A stretch of DNA of 64,000 bases from Gemmatimonadaceae bacterium (GCA_051859245.1 JBHYGA010000001.1:1149722-1213721); one strand, 5' to 3'. Counted from the stretch's first letter, positions 38,228 to 48,125 are shown. Numbers and translations: made by a program. Notes: generated from the sequence alone by a model not told the origin.

Positions 38228-39076
38228 ATGCAGAAGGTACGAGTGCTCATCGTAGACGATGAAGGGCTATCGCGACAGCGGATCCGGCGCCTGGTGCAGG
38301 CCGAGCCGGACGCCGAAGTGATCGGCGAATGCGCCAATGGCGTGGAAGCGGTGCAGGCCATCCGTGAGCATACGCCGGACGTCGTCTGTCTCGATGTGCA
38401 GATGCCGGAGCTCGATGGCTTTGGCGTGTTGCAGCAGCTGGGCGGCGTACCGGCGCCCAAGGTGCTGTTCGTCACCGCGTACGACGAGCATGCACTGCGC
38501 GCCTTCGATGTGCATGCGGTCGACTACGTACTCAAGCCTGTGGACGCCGATCGATTCCGCACGGCGTTTGACCGCGCGCGCCGCGCGCACATGCAGTCCT
38601 CCGCAGCGGATCGTCTCGGCCAGCTGCTCGATACCGTTCGCCGCGTCTCCGACGGCACGGCCCCCGCGCCTACGGATCTCTCGCCTGGCGGCGCCGCCCC
38701 CAGTGAGGGGGCAAGTGCGACAATGACCAACGGCGCCACGCGCTACGCGAGTCGCGTTCTGGTCAAACACGATGGTCGCATGTTCTTTGTGAAAGTGGGT
38801 GATATCGACTGGATTGAGGCGGATCGCAACTACGTGCGATTGCACGTGGGCAAAACGGCGCATACCATTCGAGAGCGCATCAGTCACATCGAGGAGACCC
38901 TCGACCCGCGCATGTTTGCGCGCATCCATCGGTCTACCATCGTCAATCTCAATCGTGTGCGGGAGATGCAGCAGTGGTTCAGTGGCGACTACGTGGTCAT
39001 TCTTGAGAGCGGAGCGCGCCTCCGTCTCAGTCGTCACTACCGCGATCGCGTGGAGCGACAAGTCGGCGCGGCGTAG
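38228..39076 (+). CDS. LytTR-family response regulator
   Basis: IVDDE, LDVQMP, VTAYDEHA, DYVLKP receiver; IDWIEADRNYV, FARIHRSTIVN LytTR domain. Confidence 0.95.
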   Translation: MQKVRVLIVDDEGLSRQRIRRLVQAEPDAEVIGECANGVEAVQAIREHTPDVVCLDVQMPELDGFGVLQQLGGVPAPKVLFVTAYDEHALRAFDVHAVDYVLKPVDADRFRTAFDRARRAHMQSSAADRLGQLLDTVRRVSDGTAPAPTDLSPGGAAPSEGASATMTNGATRYASRVLVKHDGRMFFVKVGDIDWIEADRNYVRLHVGKTAHTIRERISHIEETLDPRMFARIHRSTIVNLNRVREMQQWFSGDYVVILESGARLRLSRHYRDRVERQVGAA

Positions 39077-39096
39077 TGCGCGCTGCGGGTGCGTCA

Positions 39097-40131
39097 ATGA
39101 AACGACCTGACGCACCCATGCACTTGCGCCTGCGACTGGCTGATCTGGCTATTCGCTGGCGTTTCAAACGACACGCGACTCGCCCGCTCAACGTTACGTG
39201 GGCAAGGTCGCGCATCGGTCGACCAATGTGGATGCGTCGGTTGATTACGCTCCCGGTGCATCGCACCGACGTGGATCTCGGCACGCATCGCGTGGAGCTG
39301 CTCTCACCGCCGGACTCGCCCAATAACACATCGGCGGCCGAGCTGCATCGTGTGGTGTTGTACGTGCACGGTGGTGGATACATCGCTTGTTCGCCCAGCA
39401 CGCATCGCCCAATGGCGGCGCGCATCGCACGTGAATGGAACGCGCTCACCGTTGTACCCGATTACCGACTCGCGCCTGAACACGCCTTCCCTGCGGGGCG
39501 CGACGATGTGCTCGCGACCTGGCGCTGGTTGATTCACGACCTCAAGATCGATCCGTCGCACGTGGTCTTCGCTGGCGATTCGGCCGGCGGAGGGCTGGCA
39601 CTCGCGTCCGCGCTGGCGTGTGCCGACGCGGGACTGCCACAACCGGCGGCACTTGTGCTGTTCAGCCCGTGGGCGGATCTGACGTGCAGCGGTGACTCGC
39701 TCACGCACAATCAGGAGCGCTGCGCGATGTTTGTGCCCGCGCAGTTGCAAGCAGCGGCCGCGCTGTACGCGGGCAGCGTGCCGCTCGACGATCCGCGCGT
39801 CTCACCACTGCTCGCGGATTTGTCGCATTTGCCACCGTTATGTGTGCACGTCAGTCACGACGAACTGTTGCGCGATGACTCGTTGCGTCTCGCCGAGCGC
39901 GCGCGTGCCGCTGGTGTGACGGTGTCGTTGCGCACGTGGACGGGCGTTCCGCACGTGTGGCAGTTTCTTGTGGGCTTGTTGCCAGAAGCGCGTGAATCAA
40001 TGAATGCGGCGTTTGATTTTGTGCGTGAGCACGTGCCGTCGCAACAACTCAATGCGTTGCGCGCGCAACACGTTGCGTACGTGAACCAACGGCCAGACGA
40101 GCACAACGAAACATCCGTGCCTCACGTGTAA
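39097..40131 (+). CDS. Alpha/beta hydrolase, HSL-family esterase/lipase
   Basis: HGGGY, DYRLAPEH, GDSAGG, DELLRDD, HVWQ. Confidence 0.92.
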   Translation: MKRPDAPMHLRLRLADLAIRWRFKRHATRPLNVTWARSRIGRPMWMRRLITLPVHRTDVDLGTHRVELLSPPDSPNNTSAAELHRVVLYVHGGGYIACSPSTHRPMAARIAREWNALTVVPDYRLAPEHAFPAGRDDVLATWRWLIHDLKIDPSHVVFAGDSAGGGLALASALACADAGLPQPAALVLFSPWADLTCSGDSLTHNQERCAMFVPAQLQAAAALYAGSVPLDDPRVSPLLADLSHLPPLCVHVSHDELLRDDSLRLAERARAAGVTVSLRTWTGVPHVWQFLVGLLPEARESMNAAFDFVREHVPSQQLNALRAQHVAYVNQRPDEHNETSVPHV

Positions 40132-40195
40132 CGCGCACGTGACCGAGTGCGCGAGCGAGCGTCTCTGGAGCAAACACTTCTCTGACTCGCTCATC

Positions 40196-40465
40196 ATGGT
40201 TTTTCGTCCGCCCGATTGGATCCCGCTCGAACGTGCACTCATTCGCGAATACGGTGAGGCCGCGCGCGACGCGGCAAGTGCGTTCTGGTTTGTGGGGTTC
40301 GTGGACGGCCCGGCCGATGTTGGACAGCTCCGCTTGTATGAACACACAGGTACGCGTCGTCGACTGGTGCTGGATGACAACGGGCGAGCGTACCGACAGC
40401 ATGCAGATCTCGAGCACTACAGCCCGGTGGCGCTCACCGATGCGTTGGTGGATGCACTGGCCTGA
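40196..40465 (+). CDS. Hypothetical protein (about 89 aa)
   Basis: Globular-looking ORF (PDWIPLE...LYEHTGTRRRLVLD) filling the gap; start may be as early as 40139. Confidence 0.6.
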   Translation: MVFRPPDWIPLERALIREYGEAARDAASAFWFVGFVDGPADVGQLRLYEHTGTRRRLVLDDNGRAYRQHADLEHYSPVALTDALVDALA

Positions 40466-40619
40466 GCATCGGATCGTGGCAGCGTAAGACTCGGCGAGGG
40501 ACACGCCCATGCGCCGCGTGCCCTGACGCGAAAAGCCCCGGCGCGATATGCGCCGGCGCGGCTGAGAAACGGTTCGGACCCGCTCAAGTACGGTACGTGA
40601 GCGGCCGAGACTCCTACCA

Positions 40620-42377
40620 ATGCTCCCTCGCATCCCCGAGACTCGGACCGCGCACATCGGACCCGGCATTCCGCCATTGTCAGCGGTACGGCCGGCCGGT
40701 CCTGTTGATCCGGCGCTCGCTGGTGCTCTGGGCGAACTCGCGCGTGCCGGGATCGACCTCACGACGCTGTTCGAGGGCGGTGCAGACACATTGGTCGCAC
40801 GAGCGCTGCCAACGGCCACCGCACTCGGTGACGTGCTTGAGCGCGCCCGCGCCGCAGTGGTGCGTGGACTTCCCAGTGAGGCACTGGCGGTTCTTGATGA
40901 CGGCTGGGAAGGCGCGTCGCGCACCGAAGGTGGCTGGTACTATCGCGCGGCGGCGTTGATGCTGCTGGGGCTGCCGGGAGAAGCGGACCGTGTGCTGACC
41001 CAGGCACTGGTGCCACGTGGTGGATCCGTCGCGCTGCATTTTCTGCACTCCGTAGTGCGCGACTTTCAGGGCGACTCGGCGGGCGCGCGTGAGTCACTCG
41101 CCAACGCGCTGGCTCGTCGACCCGGGCACGCGCTGCTGGTGTCCTGGCAGGCCGTTTTGCTCGCGCGCACCGGTGACCGGGTTGGTGCACAGGCGCTGCT
41201 GGCGCCGTTGCTCGATGCGGAACCGGAGTCCTCTGTACTCGCGTGGGCACGCAAGGCCGTCACTGCAGCCGGCGCGCAACATGTGAGAACGTCCAGCATG
41301 TCGCTCGATATTGAGACGGACGCGCCGGACGACGTGCTGTTTCGCCCGCTTCGTGCCGCGCCGTTGTTGTCCGACGCCCCGATTGATGTGGCGCTGCGCA
41401 AAGTTGGCGCACAGCTGGTTGCCGGATCAGCGTACGACGTACGCCTCGAGGTGCGAGCCATGTTGCAGGGGCTCGCACCAGGCGGGCAACTCGACGGCAC
41501 GGTTCGCCCGGAGCACGCGCTCTCGGTCCGCAGCGCACTCGTCGCGGTGCTCGGCGCGCTCGCGAGGGAAGAACCCGGCGCCGCGCCTCGACCCGCATCG
41601 CCGCTTGAAGCGACCGCCGATGCCCGAGGGCGCTGGGCGTTCACACCGTCAAGCGCGCGGCCCAGTGTGCGCGCCGATGCGCTGCCGCCGAGCAGCGGGC
41701 CACGTGCGCTGCTGTTGCAGGCCATGCGCGCGGGAGACCTCGCTACGGCAACATCGTTGTTGGCCGACGTAGGCGCGAAAGAGGGAGAAGCTGTGGTTTC
41801 CGTGCTTCGCACATTGCTCGAGGGCGCGGACGCACCGGTGGAGCAGAAGGCCGTGACTCGACTCGTGCAGGAGCGCCACGATGATCAACTGCTCGTGCCG
41901 ATTCGAGTGGGTCTTTCGCTGCTGCAGGAAGCGTCTGCGCGCGACGAGGCCCGCGCCACGATTGCCGCCACGATGCCGGGTGTGCGTGATGCATCGTCGA
42001 GCGCGGCGCGGGTGGATTCGTTCGCTACCGCACCGGGCGACATTCGCGACGCGCATGATCTACCGCTTGCGGTGGCGCTAGGAACCGTTGTGCCGCCCGT
42101 GATACAGACAGGATTGACAGACAGTGCCGAGGCGGACGGTGCTCTGGCGCGCGACAATATCGATGAGAATGCGCATCGGCGCGTGGCCACGCAGATACCG
42201 TCGCTGGCGATTCTCTGCATGGCGCTCGCATTCGCTGCGCTGCTGGCTGGCTACGGCATTGCATCGATCGCGCTCGCCGGTGGTGCGAGCTGGCTCATGC
42301 TGCGGAGCTCCATTGCCGCTTCTCGAAAGCGTCGTCAGCCGATCGAGCAGGTCACATCGGAGCCGGAGCGGCACTAG
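40620..42377 (+). CDS. Hypothetical TPR-like helical protein with a C-terminal transmembrane hairpin
   Basis: TPR-like segments (WYYRAAALMLLGLPGEADRVL; ARESLANALARRP); hydrophobic C-terminus. Confidence 0.65.
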   Translation: MLPRIPETRTAHIGPGIPPLSAVRPAGPVDPALAGALGELARAGIDLTTLFEGGADTLVARALPTATALGDVLERARAAVVRGLPSEALAVLDDGWEGASRTEGGWYYRAAALMLLGLPGEADRVLTQALVPRGGSVALHFLHSVVRDFQGDSAGARESLANALARRPGHALLVSWQAVLLARTGDRVGAQALLAPLLDAEPESSVLAWARKAVTAAGAQHVRTSSMSLDIETDAPDDVLFRPLRAAPLLSDAPIDVALRKVGAQLVAGSAYDVRLEVRAMLQGLAPGGQLDGTVRPEHALSVRSALVAVLGALAREEPGAAPRPASPLEATADARGRWAFTPSSARPSVRADALPPSSGPRALLLQAMRAGDLATATSLLADVGAKEGEAVVSVLRTLLEGADAPVEQKAVTRLVQERHDDQLLVPIRVGLSLLQEASARDEARATIAATMPGVRDASSSAARVDSFATAPGDIRDAHDLPLAVALGTVVPPVIQTGLTDSAEADGALARDNIDENAHRRVATQIPSLAILCMALAFAALLAGYGIASIALAGGASWLMLRSSIAASRKRRQPIEQVTSEPERH

Positions 42378-42473
42378 ATTGAGCGCTGGTTCGGCAACCC
42401 CGCCGGACCACTGCTTGTCTTGTTCGCATCCGCGCCCTCGCGCGGAGTGACGCTTCCGTTTTCCGCTCTGATC

Positions 42474-43460
42474 ATGGCTCAGTCATCGTCCGCGCCTGTT
42501 TCGGCGTTTCTCCGTCATCACTTCCGTCACTTCAACGCGGCGGCGCTCATTGACGCCGCTGACGGCTACACGCGCCACATCGATGCGGGTGGCAAGATGA
42601 TGGTGACGCTGGCCGGCGCCATGAGCAGTGCCGAACTTGGCCTCTCGCTCGCCGACATGATTCGTGCCGGCAAAGTGCATGCGATCACGTGCACCGGTGC
42701 GAACCTCGAAGAAGACGTGTTCAATCTCGTGGCGCATGATCACTACGTGCGCGTGCCTAACTATCGCGATCTCACGCCACAGGATGAAGAAGCGTTGCTG
42801 GCGCGCCATCTCAATCGCGTGACCGACACCTGCATTCCGGAAGAGGAAGCGATTCGTCGCATTGAGAAAGCCATTCTTGCCGAATGGCAGGCGGCCGATC
42901 AGTCGGGCGCGCGGTATTTTCCGCACGAGTTCATGTATCGGATTCTGCTGAGCGGCGCGCTCGAAGAGTATTATCAGATTGATCCGAAGAACTCGTGGCT
43001 GCTCGCGGCGGCGCAAGCGAATCTTCCGATCTATGTACCGGGCTGGGAAGACGCGACACTCGGCAACATCTTCGCGTCGCATGTGATCGACGGCAGTGTG
43101 AAGAATGTGCACACGGTACGCACCGGCATCGAGTACATGATGCATCTGGCCGAGTGGTACACGGAGACCACCCGCAACACGACGGTTGGGTTTTTCCAGA
43201 TTGGTGGCGGCATTGCGGGCGACTTTCCGATCTGCGTTGTGCCCATGCTGCATCAGGACTTGCAGCGCACGGAAGTGCCGCTGTGGGGCTACTTCTGTCA
43301 GATCAGCGACAGCACCACGAGCTACGGTTCGTACTCCGGTGCGGTGCCCAACGAGAAGATCACGTGGGGCAAGCTTGGTGTGGATACGCCCAAGTTCATC
43401 ATCGAGTCCGACGCGTCGATCGTTGCGCCGCTGATTTTTGCGCTGGTGCTCGGCCAGTAA
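42474..43460 (+). CDS. Deoxyhypusine synthase-like protein (probable homospermidine synthase, SpeY type)
   Basis: TLAGAMS, CTGANLEED, QIGGGIAGDF, SYSGAVPNEKITWGK with the catalytic Lys. Confidence 0.9.
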   Translation: MAQSSSAPVSAFLRHHFRHFNAAALIDAADGYTRHIDAGGKMMVTLAGAMSSAELGLSLADMIRAGKVHAITCTGANLEEDVFNLVAHDHYVRVPNYRDLTPQDEEALLARHLNRVTDTCIPEEEAIRRIEKAILAEWQAADQSGARYFPHEFMYRILLSGALEEYYQIDPKNSWLLAAAQANLPIYVPGWEDATLGNIFASHVIDGSVKNVHTVRTGIEYMMHLAEWYTETTRNTTVGFFQIGGGIAGDFPICVVPMLHQDLQRTEVPLWGYFCQISDSTTSYGSYSGAVPNEKITWGKLGVDTPKFIIESDASIVAPLIFALVLGQ

Positions 43461-43479
43461 AACGAGCGGACTCGGCGCG

Positions 43480-44274
43480 TTATGGCGTCGAGTCCACCAC
43501 GTTTGCGCGTGCCTGGGGCAGCGCCGGAACACGCAAGCGCTGTCCGGCACGCACATCGTCGTCGCGCAACCCGTTGAGTTGCCGCAAGACGTCAATCGAG
43601 CTGTTGTACTGCCGCGCAATCGACGTGAGTGTTTGTCCTCTTTCGATCACGTGTGTGGTGTAGCGCTCCGGTTGCACGGGCGCGATACCTGAACGTTGCA
43701 CACGAGCCGCGTCGTCGCTCACACGACGACGTTCGCGTGTTGCCACCTGCGCGATGGCGCTGGTCGCGGCGATGGCGCCGTCGTCTACGCGCAGCGTGAC
43801 CGCGCGATCCGGTGTGCGCAGCAGTACGCGCTTCGTGTCGCTCGTTGAGTCCACAGACATGACGAATGCCGATTCGTAGGGCCAGGACTCCAGATACAGG
43901 GCGAGCGGTCCACCATCGACGGGTCGCAGGAGCGTGACCGGTGGCGCGCCCACGTAGAGCAGTCGGCGATCGGTTGCCACCAGCAGGCCATGCGAGAGGC
44001 GCCAGAGGTCGGACGGTCGACGCTGCGAGGCAAAGGTTCGGGCCAGCACGCGCTCACCGGACAGGAGCAGTGCGCTCAGCTCGCGCTCGGCTGTTTCCCG
44101 GGCAATGCGTCGCGTGCCGATGGGCGAAACCACGCTGGCCGCGGCGGTTAGGCCGATGACGAGCGCCACCATCGAGGCGCGAGAGAGCGCCAGGACGAGC
44201 CGGCGCATGGGCCGGTTGGGCCGGGTTCGACTGAACGGATCGACGGGCAGGGGTTCCCGCGCGGGAGCGGTCAT
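43480..44274 (-). CDS. Membrane-anchored protein with a PH-like domain and C-terminal LysM
   Basis: N-terminal TM; GLLVATDRRLLY; HVIERGQTLTSIARQY...LRQLNGL...GQRLRVP. Confidence 0.8.
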   Translation of the reverse strand: MTAPAREPLPVDPFSRTRPNRPMRRLVLALSRASMVALVIGLTAAASVVSPIGTRRIARETAERELSALLLSGERVLARTFASQRRPSDLWRLSHGLLVATDRRLLYVGAPPVTLLRPVDGGPLALYLESWPYESAFVMSVDSTSDTKRVLLRTPDRAVTLRVDDGAIAATSAIAQVATRERRRVSDDAARVQRSGIAPVQPERYTTHVIERGQTLTSIARQYNSSIDVLRQLNGLRDDDVRAGQRLRVPALPQARANVVDSTP

Positions 44275-44318
44275 AGCGGCAAGCTAGGCGGTCTGGCCGG
44301 TCTGAAGAAAGGAAAAGC

Positions 44319-44350
44319 TTGACATTTCCGCGTTGCCAATACGTATTAGC
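44319..44350 (+). promoter_or_regulatory. sigma70 -35 (TTGACA, 44319-44324) with a LacI-type operator GCCAATACGTATTAGC (44335-44350) over the expected -10 region
   Basis: Consensus -35; near-perfect palindrome with central CG and AATA/TATT arms, directly upstream of a LacI-family gene. Confidence 0.75.
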
Positions 44351-44383
44351 ACCACGCAGCGGCGCATTTTCTTCATCCCTCCC

Positions 44384-45448
44384 ATGCCTCCCGCACACAA
44401 ACCGCCTTCAGCCCGAGTGACCATTCGCGACGTTGCCGTGCGCGCTGGGGTGTCCCAGCCGACGGCGTCGCTGGTGCTGGGCAAGCATCCGCGGGCTCGA
44501 GTAGCGCCGGCCACCCGCGAGCGCGTCATCGCCGCCGCCCATGCCCTCGGCTACCGACCGAACGTGGTCGCACGGTCGCTGGTGCACGGGCGCTCGTTTG
44601 CGCTGGGCGTGGTGGTGCCCGATCTGCGAAATCCCTTCGTGATGGATGTGGTGGCGGGTGCAGAGCGTGTCGCGTCGTCGGCGGGTTACGCGGTCCTTTT
44701 GTGCGACCAGTCAGCGCGACCGGCGGCGGCGCACCTTGAAACGCTCCTGGCACGCCAGATCGACGGCGTGCTGCTGGACGCTGCAGGTGCCGCCGCTCTC
44801 CCTGATGATGCGCTGCGCGGTGTGAACGTGGTGCTGATCGATGAGCCGGCGGATCGTTGGCCTGGTGTGGCGACCGACGCGCGCGCGGCAGGCCGACTCG
44901 CGGCGGAGCACCTGCTCGATCTTGGCCATCGAACGTTTGCGTTCATCGGGCCCGCCGCCGATGTGCACGCCTATCGCATGCGCGAGCGGGGCTTTGCGGA
45001 AACGGTGCGCGCCGCGGGTGTGGCCATGCCAAGCGAGCGGTGGCGGCGTGAACCCGCCACCGTGGCGGGAGGGCAGCACGCCATGCGCGCGCTGCTGGCG
45101 TTGCGGCCACGTCCGACCGCGGTGTTCTGCGCCAATGACCTGATCGCCATTGGGGCTGTCAAGCAGTGCCTTACGCAGGGTGTGTCGCTGCCTGACCAGC
45201 TGTCAGTGGTTGGCTGCGACGACATTGAAATGGCGCGGCTGATTACGCCCGAGCTCACCACGATTGCGATCCCGGCGCGAGAACTCGGCGCACGCGCTGC
45301 ACGACTCTTGTTGTCGTACATCGAACATCGTGACGATCCACCCGATCCCGCGACCGTCGCCGCGCGTCGCGCTCTGTCGCGCGCATTGCCGGTGCGCCTG
45401 GTGTCGCGTGCCTCAAGCGCTGTGGCGCCTGCAGGAGCCGTGTCGTGA
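44384..45448 (+). CDS. LacI-family transcriptional regulator
   Basis: TIRDVAVRAGVSQPTASLVL HTH, LGYRPN, PTAVFCAND, LSVVGCDD, PELTTI. Confidence 0.95.
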   Translation: MPPAHKPPSARVTIRDVAVRAGVSQPTASLVLGKHPRARVAPATRERVIAAAHALGYRPNVVARSLVHGRSFALGVVVPDLRNPFVMDVVAGAERVASSAGYAVLLCDQSARPAAAHLETLLARQIDGVLLDAAGAAALPDDALRGVNVVLIDEPADRWPGVATDARAAGRLAAEHLLDLGHRTFAFIGPAADVHAYRMRERGFAETVRAAGVAMPSERWRREPATVAGGQHAMRALLALRPRPTAVFCANDLIAIGAVKQCLTQGVSLPDQLSVVGCDDIEMARLITPELTTIAIPARELGARAARLLLSYIEHRDDPPDPATVAARRALSRALPVRLVSRASSAVAPAGAVS

Positions 45449-46473
45449 GCGATCGGCCGTCTGCCATCATCACGGGAACCGGCCACGCGCTGCCGTCACG
45501 ACGCGTGACCAATGCAGAGCTGAGCGCGCAACTCGGCGAAGACATTGCACCGTTCGTGTCGGGAACGCTCGGCATTGATGAGCGCTGGTGGTGTGCCGAT
45601 GGGGAAAGCACCGCTGATCTCGCGGAACAGGCCGGACGTGCCGCGATGCGCGCGGCTGGCGTGGAGCCGAACTCGATCGATCTGCTCATCGTTGCGACGG
45701 ACACGCCAGAGTATGTGTCGCCGGCCACGAGCTCTGAAGTGCAGGGACGGCTCGGATGTACACGCGCTGGCACGTTTGATCTCAACGCCGGATGCGCGGG
45801 CTTTGTGACGGCGCTCGATGTGGCGTGGAAGTATCTGCGTGCTGATGACCGATACCAGCGCGTGCTCGTGATCGGCGCGTACACCATGTCGAAGTGGCTT
45901 GACCCGCGCGACAAAAAAACGATCACGATTTTTGCTGATGGAGCGGGCGCCGTGGTGCTGGAGCGCGGCTCGCGTGATGGAATATTGACGAGCGAGTTGT
46001 ACGCCGACGGCTCGTTGTCGCGCGATATGGGCGTGTTCGCCGGCGGTTCGCACGAGCCGATTACTGCGCGCGTGCTGGAAGACGGCACGCGCAATCGTTT
46101 GCGTTTTGTGCGCAAGTATCCGGCCTCCGTGAATGAAGAAGGGTGGCCTCGCATTGTGCGGTCGGTGCTCGCGCGCGCTGGTGCGGAGCCGCGCGATGTG
46201 CAGCTGTGGTTCTGGACGCAGGTCAATCGCTCCACGATTGTGGAGGTGATGCGGCGGCTCGAGGTGCCGATGGAACGCGCGCACACCATCATGCACAAGT
46301 GGGGTTACACCGGATCCGCGTGTTTGCCAATGGCGCTTGATGACGCCGTGCAGGCCGGGCGGTTGCACGACGGCGACCTCATTGTCTTTACCGGGTCGGG
46401 CGCCGGGCTGGCGATGGGTTCGCTGGCCATGCGCTGGCGTACGTCGCGCGAGAAGGCGGGATCCGCACCATGA
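45445..46473 (+). CDS. FabH/KAS III-fold enzyme with non-canonical catalytic residues
   Basis: GTGHALP, DLNAGCAGF (Cys), IFADGAGA; but WTQVN and WGYTGSA replace HQAN and GNTS. Confidence 0.88.
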   Translation: MSDRPSAIITGTGHALPSRRVTNAELSAQLGEDIAPFVSGTLGIDERWWCADGESTADLAEQAGRAAMRAAGVEPNSIDLLIVATDTPEYVSPATSSEVQGRLGCTRAGTFDLNAGCAGFVTALDVAWKYLRADDRYQRVLVIGAYTMSKWLDPRDKKTITIFADGAGAVVLERGSRDGILTSELYADGSLSRDMGVFAGGSHEPITARVLEDGTRNRLRFVRKYPASVNEEGWPRIVRSVLARAGAEPRDVQLWFWTQVNRSTIVEVMRRLEVPMERAHTIMHKWGYTGSACLPMALDDAVQAGRLHDGDLIVFTGSGAGLAMGSLAMRWRTSREKAGSAP

Positions 46474-48125
46474 CGCAGTCGCTCGTGCATGTGCTGCTGG
46501 AGCGGGCGGCCGCCACACCAGACGGTGTGGCGTACCGCGTGCTGTCTCGTGGCGCCACCGCGCTGGGTGAAACGATGACGTGGCGCGAGTGGGCGCGCAG
46601 TGCAGAACGTGTGGCGCGCGCATTGATCGCACGCGGTGTGGCGGTGGGTGATCGCATTCTCATCTTCTCCGACAATCGCGCGCTGTGGCCCATTGTGGAT
46701 CTTGGTGCGCTGATGGCCGGTGCGGTGAGCGTTGGTGCGTATCCCACCAGTGCCGCGGCGCAGGTGGCATCGCAACTGCGCGATTCTGGCGCACAGGTTG
46801 TATTTGTTGACTCCGCCGCTCGGCGAAACATCGTGCGCAGCGTGCGCGATCAGCGCGCGTTCAATCCCGCCGTAGTGGTGGATGCACCGCACGCTGCAGA
46901 CGCGCGTGAGCCGTACGAATCGGACTGGACGAGTTTTCTGCGTGAGGGCGACGTTCACCGGGACGCCCTGGATGAGCATCGCCGCGCGCGATTGCAGGCG
47001 CTCACGCTCGATCAGGATGCCATGCTCATCTACACCTCGGGTTCTACGGGCGAACCCAGAGGCGCGCGCATTTCGCATCGGTACCTGCTGGCGTCGGCGC
47101 AGAGCATTGCGCACACGTTGGGACTACAGCCGAGTGACTCTGGCGTGTCATTTTTGCCGTTCTGTCACGCCGCTGAGCGCGTCTTCGGCATGTGCGTGCG
47201 CTTGCACGTGGGCATGAGTGCGGTGCTGGTCGAGGCACCGGAGGATGTGTTTACGGCGACGCGTCTCTTTGAGCCGACCGTGTTTGGCGGATTGCCAAGA
47301 CTCTTTGAAAAGTTGGCGCGTGCGGCCCAGCAAGCGCACACCGGGGCTGACGCTGCGCGCGCGATCCACGCGTTGCTGGGCACGCGTTGCCGGATTGCTA
47401 CTTCAGGTGGCGCTGCGCTCGACGCATCCGTCGCGGAAGCATTACACGCGGCGGGCCTCACGGTGCTCGGCGCGTACGGGCAAACGGAGCACCTGTGTAT
47501 TGCGATGAACAGACCTGACGCGGCGCGCTTTGATACCGTTGGTCCGGTGATGCCGGGAACAACGGTGCGCATCGCCGACGACGGCGAGCTATTGGTGCAG
47601 CGTAGTGCGCTCACCTTCTCCGGATACTTTGAAAAGCCGGCGGAAAGCGAGGCGGCATTTACGGCCGACGGTGAGTGGTTACACACTGGCGATCTCGCGG
47701 AACAGGACGCCGATGGCTCGTTGCGCATTGTGGGGCGTCGCAAGGAGTTGATCGCGCTCTCCACGGGAAAAAAGGTGGCGCCGCTACCGATTGAAGCGGC
47801 GTTGAGTGCGTCACCATTGATTGCCTCGGCCATGTGTTATGGCGAAGGACGTCGTTTTCTCTCGGCCGTGCTGCAGTTGCAGCCGGAGGCCGTGCGGGCG
47901 CTGCCGTCGATACGCTCGGCGGTGCAAGCCCACGTCGACACGGTCAACCATGCACTCTCGCGAACCGAACAAGTGCGCGCTTTCGTGATTGCCACCGCGC
48001 CATGGACGGTGGAAACGGGCGAACTCACACCAACACTCAAGCTCAAGCGACCTGTGATCACTGCGCAGTTTCAAGACGCACTGGATGCCCTGTATGCCGA
48101 ATCGTCAGGCGCGGTGATGACATGA
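46470..48125 (+). CDS. AMP-dependent acyl-CoA synthetase (long-chain FadD-like)
   Basis: IYTSGSTGEPRG, AYGQTE, WLHTGD, GRRKELI, ELTPTLKLKR. Confidence 0.92.
   Translation: MTQSLVHVLLERAAATPDGVAYRVLSRGATALGETMTWREWARSAERVARALIARGVAVGDRILIFSDNRALWPIVDLGALMAGAVSVGAYPTSAAAQVASQLRDSGAQVVFVDSAARRNIVRSVRDQRAFNPAVVVDAPHAADAREPYESDWTSFLREGDVHRDALDEHRRARLQALTLDQDAMLIYTSGSTGEPRGARISHRYLLASAQSIAHTLGLQPSDSGVSFLPFCHAAERVFGMCVRLHVGMSAVLVEAPEDVFTATRLFEPTVFGGLPRLFEKLARAAQQAHTGADAARAIHALLGTRCRIATSGGAALDASVAEALHAAGLTVLGAYGQTEHLCIAMNRPDAARFDTVGPVMPGTTVRIADDGELLVQRSALTFSGYFEKPAESEAAFTADGEWLHTGDLAEQDADGSLRIVGRRKELIALSTGKKVAPLPIEAALSASPLIASAMCYGEGRRFLSAVLQLQPEAVRALPSIRSAVQAHVDTVNHALSRTEQVRAFVIATAPWTVETGELTPTLKLKRPVITAQFQDALDALYAESSGAVMT

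Noticed and set aside
40490..40602. Hairpin-rich intergenic region with GACGCGAAAAGCC, reminiscent of a c-di-GMP-I riboswitch
   Set aside because: The upstream GGCAAA...GAAA tetraloop stem is missing, and hairpins are expected at this GC content. An Rfam scan would be needed.
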